DNA of 64,000 nt from Raillietiella orientalis (taxonomy: Eukaryota): assembly GCA_036172245.1 (NCBI GenBank), contig JAYWIR010000074.1, positions 248,001 to 312,000 on the forward strand, written 5' to 3'. Position numbers and translations under genes: made by a program. Under the pieces are notes generated by a model. It saw nothing but the letters and a program-made list of their open reading frames with translations. It ran no database searches and had not been told where the DNA came from. The first letter of the stretch is position 1; each line of letters begins with the position of its first letter. Of this stretch, positions 24,830-38,104 are shown one piece after another.

Positions 24830-27800
24830 GCTGGTAACCCCTGCAAGCGGCATCTGGGGAGAGCTATGCAGTGCAAATGTAGTGTTGGTCGACCGGCTAC
24901 TAATGAAGCCAATGTTCCAGAAAGGTGAGATGTGACCTATCCTATCCTTAAGAACGAATCCGTGTGGATCCATCCGAATGGGGTTTGCTGCCAATGTGCG
25001 CAAGGTTGCGGACTGTCGTAGTGTGCTGCTGTTCATGCTGTTTTGCGGAAAACAGGTGCTGTACCAGCCTTCCACCACATTTAGTGGGCTGGAAGGAACA
25101 CGTACGCGTATAGCAAATAGGTCCTTCATCTTAAAAGAAGTAGGCATCAATGACGAAATCGGAGAGACGTGGTAGGTAATCAGGCCTAATGTTGTACATT
25201 TTCCAGGGTCACGGGAAACGAACATCAGGCGTACTCGCTGCGGTGAGTCTGTGATAATCTAACATTTGCAGGCAAACTCTTGCAAGAGAAAAGGGTACAC
25301 ACGTACAGCTACAACTTTCCGCAAAAAGAACGCGGGCACAAAAAAGAGACTCGCCCTCACATCGACTAAAGAATCGAATATGCAACGGAGGCTTCCGGGC
25401 TTACCTAGGAGCCAAACACACTCCGGGAAGCGAACTGCTTGAAGAAAGTGACGCAGCAAATTCTGAAATACAGAAGCCTTCCAGAAAGAGCATTGCATAC
25501 GAAGAAATTGGTGCTGCGAAGGTGACAAAGGAATAAAGTGAACTGCGTGCAATGCGAGCAGAAACGGTCAACACGATGGCTAGGCAGGAAAACAAACAAC
25601 GACACTACTGATATATTTGTCCTTGCACGCGAAGTACTGAGAGCTGGTTCTGCCGAAGAGAGAAACATCCCTTCGAAAAGGTTCCCACGGGCTCTGGAGC
25701 ATCAAATAGACTCGTGCGACTCCGAATTGAAGTATTTCAGAACAACAAAATCGCTTGGAACGGACCGCGGAGGGTGCCCGAAGGCTCCTCGGGGAAGAAT
25801 GGTTTCCAGTGAGAAAGAGTTGGGAAGCGTACGAGTATCTGACGGAGCGCACAAGCAATCATGTTCGGCCTCAGCCTTGCCTCCTTCGAAGATGAGTCCC
25901 TTGCTACTGTTCCTCCAGCGGCTGTGCAACCTACCACCCCACGTGAAAAGGCGTGCAACTTGAAGTTTTCTTTTCAGACACACTGATAAGATCAGCCTCT
26001 GTGTTCATCTTTGACTATCGCTTTCCGATCCATCCAGAGATGTTCTTATTTGGATTTTTTTCCTTGCTTCTGTTCCATTTTCTTGCCCTTTTTTCCTATG
26101 CTGCCGAGGTGAATTTGTGTGCTCTTCGTCGCGACATGTCGGTAGGCTTTGCATGCCATGAACGTGGCAAAACCGAACGTGCTGCCACACTTTGGTACGC
26201 TTGCTTTTTAAAAAAGGAAGAATATTCACGCCTGGCGAACCCGGGTATAAACCAACTTGAACGCAACTCTCGGGAATGCGTTTAGCGTCAGCGGCCTGCG
26301 TGCAAGTGCACCAAGTTGTAACATCAAGAGGGGCACCTCCGGAATTCCCAACTCGTTCCCCTGCAGAAGGTGCATCCTCTCTCCATGCAGATCATTAGCG
26401 AGGTCGAAAAATCCTCATGTGGAATCCTTTGAGGCAAAGTGCGATTTTGCATACATCTTTGGAGTCGCATGCGTCTTCCCGATCCTCACCTGAGTTGGAT
26501 GATTCCGCTTGCTGTCTTTGACGAGGAAACACAGACAAGTTGACGGTCATCCAGAGACCTCGCGCAATGAACCACATCATAACAAGCGACCACGCTCCAT
26601 TCTTCTGCGTATACTATCAGAACTAGTTTTAATTTCTGGAGGCGTTGAGGTGAATCTTCATTGCAACCAACGCACTCTGGGATGACACCACACGTCAGGG
26701 AAAATCCCTTTTCTTTTATTTGTATTCAGACTAATTCCATTCTAGGTCTGCTCCAAAAAGTCAATAAAATATGGGCGGAGGTGTACGTCACTAATCTGTG
26801 GACAGGGAAGAGTCCAAGGTCCGACCCCTTTGACCAATCATGCCCCGGTGCTTACCTCTGTTCAGGAATGAGATGACCAAAAAAACAAGGCCAACCCTTG
26901 TGAGATCTCAACAGCATGGAGTTTGATGAGGCTTTAGCAGAAAAGAAGACACGGAGCATGTACGGAGTCCTGATCAGCCATCGGAAAGGTAAGAGGAACT
27001 GCGAACCTTCCAGATGGGCTGCTCCATCGACACGGTAACGGATTGACATCGACCACAATGATTTCTTCTCGGTGGCAACCTTCGCATCCCTCACCGGTTC
27101 TGCGGAAAAGAAGCGTGTCAGGGTAGCTTTTTGCAAGAGCTTTGCAGTTTCTGGAGGGCAGCCCGATGATGCACGACTCCGGCGAGACAACATCCCTGGC
27201 AGACGGTGCAGCAGGCCTTCCAGAACCCTGACTGTTAATTCTGTTGTTCGACGAGGCGCACAGGTCGCGTGGTAAGGCCGCACTGTGAGCAAGTGCGCCT
27301 CCCGATCAGGAATGAGCTACAGGGCTGCTGGAGGAAGCCATGCGCACGCGGACGTTGGATGAGGCTTCTAGCCGGCTGGCGCCACCCTTCCCGATCAAAC
27401 GAATGCAGCCACCTTTGGAGGGTGGAGAGGGGAATTTCCTCCCTTGCGCACGAGCTCCCTGCAGAATTTGCGAAACTCTTTGCAGCACAACTCGCTCACA
27501 CAGATTGGCGCTAAGGATCGCGAGACGGGCCAAGCACCTGACTCAGGCATCAGCAAGCTTTTCACTGTTGGCAAAAAAAAACGACCAGGACAGCTTGAGC
27601 ACCCACCGCTTTACATCTCAGTTGTTAACGCTGACAATTTGCTCTACTCAGTGCGAAGTAGGCAACAAAAAGCGCGCTAAAGACTCCTTCACGGGATTTC
27701 TACTGGGTGCACAGAGAGGTCCCGTGTTCCATTTGTAGAATTGTGTGTTGCGCGCTGGAATGGTGGACACAGCCTCCTTACGCTGGAGAGATTGGAGCTT

Positions 27801-28200
27801 CAGCTAGAGTTCAGAGAGCTTGTCCTTGTGGTGAAGTTATGGAACACGCCTTGGTGAGCACAGTAAGAAGTGTCTCTCTGGAAGAGCGCCCTTATGAGAA
27901 GTACTTTCGCCGATTCCCGTAAGAAGGAGATTATCCTGAGGTTATGCGGCCATCAGCTGCAGCAAATAGTTTCTTTGATTCAAGAGCACACCTGAATCTC
28001 CCTAATTTTGGCTAACTGCACTGTCAGGATTTACGACGCAGTTTCGGTATGCGAAAAGATTTATGGCTGTAGCGGGTCGGAGTACGCCTGACTCCGGAAA
28101 AAGAGGCACTGTCGACAGCCGCCACAGGAGATAGGATGCGCAGCCCACGCAAGCTGCTGCAGAACTCGTTTACACCACGTGTTGCAGAGCTGCGCTCCCT
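24830..28200 (-). mobile_element. Highly decayed relics of the same LINE family (APE, linker and RT pieces; possibly more than one copy)
   Basis: Weak, mostly colinear matches: VNEFCSSLRGL (~28.15 kb), LLHRLPG (~27.2 kb), LPNSFSLETILPRG (~25.8 kb), FWKASVFQNLLRHFLQAVRFP (~25.45 kb), LMPTSFKMKDLF and GFVLKDRI (~25.1-24.9 kb). Confidence 0.45.
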
Positions 28201-28299
28201 AATCTCACGCGGTGCTACTCAACTACCAAAGTGAGAAGTCGCCTGCCTCCTTTAAGGAAGAAAGAAACTGCACGAAGCGGGACGAGTGACGTCTTCATT

Positions 28300-29000
28300 G
28301 GCAGCGGCTGGGCGCATGGGGCGATGATCGCAGCTCTCTGGCGCCTACTCGGCTCTCCTTTCTGGATGACTCATTCAGATCAATACGAAGTGGTGCGTAT
28401 ATCATCAGGTTATCCATTCAGCTGTTTCCTCGAGTTACATTGAACAGTTGCGAAGTACATGGAAAGATTTATGTACATCAAAAATAGAATTCGTTCCAGT
28501 CATCTGGTACGCGGGTGAACAGAAGATTTGAACGTGATTTCATTAAGGATGGACTGCATTTCATTCCAAAAGAGAACACAAAACTCAATGCAGCATACGA
28601 ATTTTTCTCTCCTGGTCATCGTCTGCTTCTCAACGAAAAGCTAGAAGGCTGGCTTCCTCGGAATGGTATGCCCATGTCGCAGCAAGTCTGCGACTGAGAC
28701 GTACAAATGTGTGCGATTCGAACGCCAACACTTTCTCTCATACCCGAGCGCTGCCGTTCACACAGTTCACTTCTAAGCATCTCCTGAGTCTACTTTATAC
28801 AGTGGACTTGTTACAAGAAGCAGTCCCGAGCCCCATCTACCCCGCATTATAAAGGGGACACCGCAAAAACCCAGCTTTGTAATTGCGGCATCCAGGAATT
28901 CGTCTTGCTTGCACGATTACACCAGAGGGAAAAAATTGAATAATATGGTGTTTTCACAGCAGTGCTGAATTGAGTAGACGCTTCGGATGATGGTTCATTT
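28300..29000 (+). mobile_element. Possible decayed piggyBac-like transposase relic
   Basis: MERFMYIKNRIR and FFSPGHRLLLNEKLEGW resemble the MSRxRF..I...LRF and Y.PG..LTVDEQL motifs, in the right order. Stops present. Confidence 0.3.
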
Positions 29001-29344
29001 AAAAAGCTGTGATTCTTGGAAACAAAGAGGTAGTGCCCGAGAAAACTTCATGAGGCGCTGCATCAATCCCTCATCAGTACGTATCAACACTTTCCCAAAA
29101 GGGAACATGGAATACACGATTCAGATTCTGCTGAAACATTACTCAGAAATGTGCACCTGGAAATGCATTACTTGAATGATCTCTTAAGAAACCCGTACAA
29201 GTAGGTCTGTATGCATTCTGAAGACGAATGTGAGCTTTTTGCTGCATTTGCTCACTTGCAAACGTATCCGTGATTCTCGCGCAAGAAGTACTGTAAACAG
29301 AATCCACCCTCGTAAGTGTTAGCACATAGGAATACAAGATTCCA

Positions 29345-29620
29345 ATGGTAGCAAAGAAAATCATCCATGTGGTCATTGGATGGCTCGAGAAAGATTCCTG
29401 TATTCGCGTATCGGTGTTTCGCAGCATGCTAGTCGTGAAGAGTCCTATAAAGTGTTCCGACGCGATTGGCGGAATCATGGGATGTCCTAAAGGTGGGATT
29501 CCCAATTTAATGGTTTGTGATGAAAACGGCGAAATAAAGCCTTCCGAGAAAAAGCATTCAAAGTCATGGAAAATTTCAATTTGGGAGTCGCAAAGAAATG
29601 AATACTTAGACGGATGCGCA
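29345..29620 (+). mobile_element. Possible decayed retroviral-type integrase core relic
   Basis: GIPNLMVCDENGE...KSWKI resembles GIP..IVSDNG...F...WGI. Weak match. Confidence 0.25.
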
Positions 29621-32600
29621 AAGATGCATTGGCACACCAAAGAGGGGGAACGCATGGAATCCGTCTTTCACGGGATCTGCACGTTCCCATTTCCCCGTCA
29701 AAATGAAGACGTCGTTCCAGAAGAAACTTTAGTTCGCTCCGAAGCACACGAAATTCTTCAACGGTAGCGAATCGATCACCTCCGAACTTGAAAGGACATG
29801 TACAAAGAAAATTGGAGGCTTCAAGGTGCTTCCATGGATAGGTTTGCGTGTCAATTGAAGAGCCACAATGGTAAATCCAGTAGCGGTAAAGAGTAGGATG
29901 TGCGACGTGATCCCAATTTTGTTACACAGTCAAGTGCCTGCAGCCTGTCAGCGGCTGCTCTTCTTGATCTCTTCTGGTGAGACGGAAATTGACCTTTCAG
30001 TATGCTGTTGTCGTAGAAATGCGCGTTCCCCTTGATCGCCGACAGTGACGCAGATTTATGCGGACGTCTTTTCAAAGAATAGAAAATGCAGTGCGCGGTT
30101 TCATGGTTCATGGAAATATGCACACGTTCCTATGCATCTTCCTCATCCGGAATCCTTGCGCAGACAAGAAGCAGTCTCATCATGAGGGCGGGAAGCGGAG
30201 GGAAGGAGAACCGAAGAATGAAAAAGCGCCGTGTTGGAAACGCGTGCAGCGAGTGAAAGAGAGCGGGAAGCGGAAGTCGGAGTAGAAAAATAGCAGAAAG
30301 ACGCAACACCGGGATCCTTAAGGGTTAATGGGAAGGGCGACGGAGGAAGAGGCAAAATGGAGAGTGAGAATGGTTTGGGTATAGCAGCACAATGGAATGG
30401 AAAAAAGAAGAAGGAAGAAAGCCAGGAGGAGAACGAAGAAGGAATGGAAAGGTGAACACAAGAAAAAGGACAGTGTTTGGAACGATAACGATAGTCGGGT
30501 GAGGGAAGGAAGGAATAAGGTATGAACATGACATAAGGGAGGGGAAGATCATCAATGAGCTAATCCGCTGTGGAGAGTGAGTGGGACGACGGCGAAGGGA
30601 TGCTGAGGCTGTAGAAGTAAGTAAAATGACGGTGATGGAGACTCAAAGAGAAAAGGAACACCGAGAACTCTACCCAAACTTACACCGAATAAGATCCAAA
30701 AGATCCGAGGTATGCGGGCTTGTGGATGTCTGTCTAAGTGAAGATTGCGAGTTGCGTACGAGCGCGCAGAGCAGCGTGCATCCTGAGAAAAAAAAAAGGT
30801 GCGCGCACGCCATGAAGAAAGAGGGCTGCTTGCCTTCCTTATACATTCGCAAACTTTGAATTCAGTAGCGCACGCTTCTCCGAAGTGACCCGTCAACTTG
30901 CATTTGTTTTTCACACTTCGCAACGTTTTCGACGCGCGCACAAGAGCGCGCTTGGAAGCACAAATCGGAATGTGCATCAGGTGGATTCTCGAGAACGAAG
31001 TTCGTGCGCTTCTCGTGGATGCTCACGAAATCAACGGTCAGTGCCACAGACAGCTGGAACCAGAGTTTCTGCTTGCAAACCGAGATCTCAGAAAGATCAT
31101 GGGAAACAGGTGATGCGAATTCTCCTGTTGTCACGAAAGCGGAAAAATAGATGGAATTATATTTAGGGAGACACATGTTGCGAGCATCACGAAAGATGAA
31201 CGTGCATTCGATGAGTGCTCAGCCATACCCATGGCACTCCGGAAAATCAGCATGCAAGATAATTCTCTTGCGAACGTCAACACACGAAAAGATAGAATCA
31301 CTGTGAACGACGAGGCAGAAAAGGAAAATATGTAGAGCTGCTCGCACACGCTCTTACGTTGAATACACCCGCATGGATTCTAGAATCAGGTAATCAGGGC
31401 ATTGATAAGTGCAGCAATCTCCAAAAGATGACGGTTGCTGTTTGTTGTAACCCTCCTCTTCCCGGTAAAACCATTACGTTAGAAGCAGTTCCAGTTGTCG
31501 ATCACTAGATAAGGCAGCAATGCAAAGGAGGAGTAGAAGATGAAGGTGGAGGATGTAGAGGATAATAAAAATAGGGAAGATCTGGCAGAGTGAAAGAGAT
31601 GGACAGTGTATGGAAAAGGAAAAGAAGAAGCGTACTAAAAGAAAGAGAGGGAGTAAAAGGATTGCTTACGTACAAAGAGGAGTAGAGGATGAATCAGAAA
31701 TTAAACAAAGAGGGTAAATGAAAAATAAGAATTCATAAAATTCTGCACATCGAAACGAAGAAAGAGGCTGTTGAGACAAATGGGACTTCAAGTTGAATAA
31801 CGCCTCTAAGTAGGCGCAAAGTGCAGAAGCTTCTCTTTAGACATCAGATGGTAGGTGGACATGAGACGTCAAAACAATTATGAAAGCTTCCTGCCATAAG
31901 GGAGAAGCGTACGCTCCCAATGAAGAAACAGTGCTTCTTTCGTTACTTTTTGGTTTCAGGATTCTGTTTTAGTGGTTTTCAGGGAAGAAGTTGGACGAAT
32001 ACCTAAAATGCAGGTTGAACTGGATCCCAGGGAAAGACATCGCAGCGCTCTCCACAGCTCCCATATTACTTAAAGATTTCGTGCAGGAAGCACCAGGGGA
32101 TTAAGAAAGCGACGTTACTGCGTTACAAGCTATACGAGGGTCTCATTCTTCTTCAGGAAGTCATCCCGCACTACAAAAGCTTGGGAATGTCAATTTCCTC
32201 CGAATAGATATCGAGCTGCCCAATTTGAGACGATCCAGCCACACGTCGCGATCCAGCAGTCCATCCCAGAGACCTTAGCAAGAAGATGCAGATTGGATGC
32301 GCCTCTTTGAGGTCAATAAGCCAAGATCAGTTTCTCCGGGCTACGAACAACAAGCTCTAAGAAACCTGCCAACGTTACTTTTCCTGGTCCTGGCGACAAG
32401 ATGCTGTCTTCTCTATGTATACTGGTGCCCGATTTCGAAGACGTTCAGACAAAAATGGATGAAGGGACCTTCCCTCTTCTCTCGTGCTCGTTTTGGTCCT
32501 CCACTGATGGACTGAGGTGCGGATGTCGCGGACTATAGAGACATCTATTTGTCTGTGCGTGAGCGGTCAGCCGACGAAACCATCAGTTGCAGCCCACTCG

Positions 32601-34023
32601 CAAGTCTTGTCGATCTCGTCGTTTCCTGGATCGCAACGACTGTCAGGTGATTGCATCCGGCTTCTGCGTTCTCCACGTCCACTTCTCCTGCCAGTGACCA
32701 GTCCGAAGAGGTCGATCAACGGTAATATAGAGGTACCTGCAGATTCTGGGAAGGCTCCTGAGGATGCGTTTTGCTGCTGAGACTGCTCCTTTTGCCTTAA
32801 CTCATCCAACCAGCTAAGGAGGACGGAAAGGGAGGTGTACAAGTAGGTAGAATTTGAAGAAATATTTTTTTCCGCGAATGCTTCTTTTTTTTTGGAGGCT
32901 GCTTTTGAAATGAAAAAACAGCCGCAGCAAACAAACAGAGGTTTAAACGAGGGATGCGCTTTTCGAGGTGTGGAGACGGCTGGTGGGTCTTAAACGCAGA
33001 ACTTGTAGTCTTAAATTCTTTCTGGCTTGCCATGGACTGCTATTACCTTCGCTTCCTTCGTTTTCAAAGAAATCAAATCGTCTTCGCTCTTGTGTTTCCT
33101 TCCTCCATCTACACGTAAAAGCCACCCCTGCCTGCACGGCAAGAGCCCTGTGCAAGAACCGTGCGTTCCTTGAAGGGAAGATCATAAAAAACAAAGGAAC
33201 TCGCAAAGCCTGTTTTTTACCCTTTTGTCTCACTGTTATTTTCACTCACGCCTTGCTAAGGAGGGACTTTCAAAAACATTTTCCAAAGACATGTTTCCTT
33301 CTTTTATTTCCTGGTCGCTGGCGTGCTTGGAAGGAGACCTTCTCAGTCTGGATCGGCGTCGACTGGCAAGTGGCGCTTTTAAAATTCGCATCCCTCATCC
33401 AAGTTAAAACCCTCGCTGTGTGGCCTTCATGCTGCCTGTGTTGCGAAACAAATAGAAGAACATGCAAAGGGAATAGAACGAGTTGGGGCACGAAATCCCG
33501 TGAAGCGTCCATTTTCCTTTCTTCCTCATTCCCTTCTTCTGTTCCTTGTTTTCACAGTACATTCCTTTTATCGTTTTCTTTTTCAACTTCTCCTGTTTCT
33601 TTCCTGCGGGTCCTCCTAGGTCCCTATTACTTCTTTTAAATTACTATTAGTCTTGTCTTCCTCCTCCCCTCATTCTTGCGTTCTCTCCTTGCTTCCCCAC
33701 CGTCCTCCTCTATCTACCTCTCTTGGTTCCTTCTTCTGTCGATTGCCCTTTTCTGCTTCCCAATCCTTTTCTACAACAGCAGCACCCCTCATGGAATCCT
33801 ATCTGCATCATGCGCCTGAAGCAGACCTTTCCAGCCCCGCCTTAGATCATGCAACGCGATTAAAGGAAGCGCAGCCTTCTGCATCCTGGGAGCTCGCTCT
33901 GAAAATGGAAATTCATGAGAAGCGCGCACTGACCCGGGCACGCTGATGACATGATATTTGCCGGGAAAGACGGCATGGAGACGGCCTTCATGCTCATCCT
34001 AGACCGACGGAGACTAAGCAGCT

Positions 34024-34055
34024 AAAATCCGGCTTTAGGAGTAAAGCCGGATTTT
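34024..34055. repeat. Perfect 14-bp inverted repeat with 4-nt loop
   Basis: AAAATCCGGCTTTA-GGAG-TAAAGCCGGATTTT. Confidence 0.9.
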
Positions 34056-35989
34056 CAGGAGAGCTGGACGTTCTGTAATTCGCCCTGGGCTGCAAAATGT
34101 TGCGTTTAACGGCGTAATTGGTCCAGCATGCGGGATGAGTTGAATCCTTGAGGCATCACGTTCCCACGGAGGAATCCAATATGCGTGCGGTAGGAGGAGC
34201 AGCGATGTTCCCGCAGAAGTCTCCCCCGGTTCTCCTCCCCACTTGCGTGCATCTCAGCTGCAAATGCACGAGAAACGCGCGGGGAGTTCATTGCCTTGCT
34301 CACTGTAAAGCAGCCTCCGACCACTCGCCAGATTTGTTCCGGTGCGCATGCGTGTGTTGCGCCGAGGAAGAACGTGCTTGCAGAGCGATTTCCAAGCCCG
34401 AATTCGTGGTCATCCAGCGGTTTGGCAGGTGATATTTCGATAAGCCTCAGAGTGTGCATTAGCAATTCTTTTCCGAAATTTCTTCGTCTTTAATGCAAAA
34501 GTTCACGCGCTGGAAGCTCTTCCTCTTTGCACTTAACGCATCAATCCACAGTTTCGAAACTTGCCAGTCTGTAGACCAAATCAGTCAGCGATAGCACTCT
34601 TCAAGCTCTCCGTTTATGCACCTGAGATGTTCAGGATAATAAAAGCGCAGCTCCGCCATCGTGGGACGAGTGAACAACGTTGCAGTGTTCTTGATAATGA
34701 TAGTGTCCAGGCTGCAGTAGCGCTGCATGCTGATTGCTCTTTGAAACTCCACATGGATAGACTTCACCTGTCAATTGAATTAAACGTAGGAATATATAAC
34801 CAAGAAAACTGTTTACGCATGGTTGAGCACCTTCGCCTACATATTTGTAAACCGTGTCAACATTCTAGCCGGACTCCAGCCCTGAGCTGCTATAGGCGAC
34901 GTACAGTTCCGTAAGAAGGTATCTTGGCGCAACACCAGGAAATGTCGTCTGATACTCTTTTTAATTTTTAGATGGTCTTGCAGATCATTTCGAAGCAGCC
35001 ATCACGCGAAGTACACGAAGCTGAATACGTTTTGAAAACCAACCCGTGCTTAGGTCGTCATCAGAGAGTGCAGGTCAGATTCCAGGAAGAATTTCGTGAT
35101 CGAGAATCTACAGATCCTTCCAAACGAGCAATCGTTAAAATGCTAAACACAGTGGAGATATCTCTCTGACATTCTGTGCACTATCTGCTCCGAATAGCAA
35201 TGTCTGGAGAAAGCAGAGAAGTGCCTCATATCGCGACAACCTGGCCAAATGAAACACAAGACAACAACAGAAGCAATAAAAGAACATCCGAAGACTATGT
35301 AGAAGTGGAATGCGCTGACACGTCCAACAAGATCACTTGCAAAGACGCGAACTCTATGGTGTTTGTTTAGTAGACGATGTCTTAAAACATGGAATCCTTA
35401 TGAAGAAGAAATAAAAGATCCTAAACAGATGATGATGGCGTCGGAATGTAACGACTGAAGCGTCTGTATACAAAGGGAATTCCCTTCTTTACATTTCACT
35501 TCAAAATGCGGTGCTTTCCCACCCTGTTGCCCTGAAACATTTCTTAAAAATTCCGATAATTTGGGGACATCGGTCCCATAAAAAGGGAACAGAAGATCGG
35601 AGAGAAGGCTCCCGAAACGAAGGGAGGACACAAGAAAATGCGATGCTCGAAATTTTCGACTTAATTAAGTTTTTGGCGATTTACAATTGAAACGAAAAGT
35701 ATGTCGTGAACTGTAAAGAGTGCTACCAGCAATATATCGATATTGAGAAGACGTGGAAGCACCGTGAAAAATCGTGTGCGAACATGTACGAATTAGATAA
35801 CGGACGCTTGGACAAAGAACGAGAATTACGTTCGCAGCAGTGCGCTTGCAGAGGTCGCGACCGATCCGCAGGGCTGCTGCAGCTCCTTCAACACTCGTTG
35901 GTCAACGATGAGCTCTCTTCTCGCTGTTCCTGGAGTAGGAGAGAAGGCGACGACGAGCAAGCAGTGCTGTATGCTGGTGGGACAGGCGG

Positions 35990-36540
35990 ACAGGCAGCAA
36001 AGAGGGAAGTCGTTCCGGAAGTATTAAGTAGAATGATGGATCAGCAGAATATTGAGCCCTTCCAATATCCTTTGCCAGTTCTTGTAGCGAGAAAGCAGCC
36101 GCTATGAAGGTAATTATCATGCGTACAAACGCTGTATTCAGGCTGGCACCTCGGCTGAGTACGGATCGGTCGCCTTCGTGGCGAGAAGAATGGCTGCTTT
36201 CGTGCGATGGTTCCTCGTGCAGATGAAATCGGATCGTCATCAATGCACTCCTGCCTTGTGGGAGAATTACCCACTGGTATGGAAAAGGCTCCGTATCCGA
36301 AGATACCGCACCCTATGCCCCGCGTGTACGTCGTGGCATTGCTCTGCCTCATCAGTACCGCTACAGGGCAAGTGATCTTATATAAAGATAGCTCTCGCGA
36401 GCCAGAAAGCGGTTTGTGTGCAGTATGCAGCAGGAGCATCTCTCGAGCCCGCACTCTTTGCTTTGGAAGGGACAAGAACGAAAAGGTCAGAATCCAGAGC
36501 AGGGACATCAGCAAAGACGTTAGCTTCATCTGGAAGTGTT
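35990..36540 (+). mobile_element. Possible decayed Ty3/gypsy RT relic
   Basis: EVLSRMMDQQNIEPFQYPLPVLVARK and PHPMPRV resemble EML..GIIEPS.SPWASPVVLV.K and YPLPRI. Frames are broken. Confidence 0.35.
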
Positions 36541-38104
36541 AAACACGATTTTGCAGGGACACTTTATTCTTTAGTAATGTTCAGTGCTCAGATGAGGCGA
36601 AGCAGTTGGTTGCATCATCATGTGCACGCAAGTTGTCATGACCGCCACGTAGAGGGATGACCTTCATTCCAAGAGCAATAGGGAACAAAAAACTCGAAAC
36701 CAAGAAACCAACAAAAATGCTAAATGGAGAAATAAGTTTCACCGGGGGGCGGGAGGTGACAGTAAAAGTGGTCACACATTTCTCAAGAGACGATCTCAGC
36801 ATCCTTTATATTAGGCCTAGTTGTTTACGTATCACTCACAATTGGGACCATTTCGAGAAAGTGATCAAGAAGATTGCTGATAAGTGGATGGATGCTTCAC
36901 CATTTCTATCTTTTCTGCTTGTGCACCATGCTGCCAGCACACCGCAAATACAAAAGGGTCACATATTTCTATTTATACACCATAATCAAAAAAGAAACAA
37001 CCATTACATATCTTAGAAACAGAAAACACCTATTATGCAAAACAAAATACGTATCACTCCATTCCTCCCCAACCCCATTGACGATCATTCCATGAATGCT
37101 ACTCCATTCTAACGAATAATTCACAAACCCACACTCACAACTACCAACCTAACCAACACCACTATATACTTCGGAACCAAAATTCACGTACATTACTACA
37201 AATAATTATTCTTACTGCGATGAAAAAAGCTGGAGGTAGTGCGGGACGCGCGAAAAGGCGTTTTGCAAATATCTCTTCAGTCTCCAGCCGGGATTCCTGA
37301 AGTCGCCGAGAAACTATCCTCAGAGAAAGGGAGTGCAACACAGCCTAACAGAAAATTCAGTAACGTTTCCTTTTCTTCGCATCGATCTTGTTGGCAACCG
37401 CAGTTTCACGTGTCAAATGATGGAAACGTGCCTTGCTTCCGAATGCAGCATCAGTAACGCCAACTCCTGTCATCAAGGGCTTGGCACTGTACCAAGACTA
37501 CGTAAGCTACCTCAGCTCCTGCAGAGGTGTCGCAAACAGCACGCACTAGCGAACCAATTGCAGCTACAGCGCCCACTGTTCGTCGGGGATCAGCTAAGAG
37601 AACTTCTGCTCCAGGGTGGTCAACTCTGCTGTGAAACACGGACACAGCAAAGAAGCAGGTCGTTCTCGCCTGGTACCTTCCCTCCCTTTCAATTTTCAAT
37701 AGCTGTGATGAAGACACTGATCGCGAAAGGCTTGTCGAGACTACCTAATGTGTATATATCCCTTATCGCCTAGACGTCAACCGGCCGCAAAAGGTGAGGA
37801 AAATCTTCCTTCAGAAAAGGTGTGAAGTCAAGGGAACAATAGTAAGTTGGCATGAAACGACTATCGTACCGTAGCAATCCGGCACTGGTCTCCCAATAAA
37901 ATGGCAAATTCAGACTGTCAGCTGTGACTCTCCGCACCAGGACGGAGTTTAGCCAGCCGGACGACGTCTGAGATGCTCTTGTACCGTTGGACGAGCGAGT
38001 TTTACACTGCAAAACAGGCTCTTCCCACACATGCTTTAAGCAGCAGCGGCTGCTCGCAGACCATCGATAATATTGCTTGGAACTCTCTTATTCCACGGAT
38101 TATG

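Noticed and set aside
24443..25225. 260-aa minus-strand ORF as a host gene
   Set aside because: Its N-terminal half aligns weakly and colinearly with LINE ORF2 after the RT core. No domain or exon structure supports a gene.
30150..33780. Purine-rich tracts (30.2-30.6 kb, 31.5-31.7 kb) and pyrimidine-rich tract (33.5-33.8 kb) as terminal inverted repeats
   Set aside because: The complementarity is only compositional; I found no alignable inverted repeat by eye.
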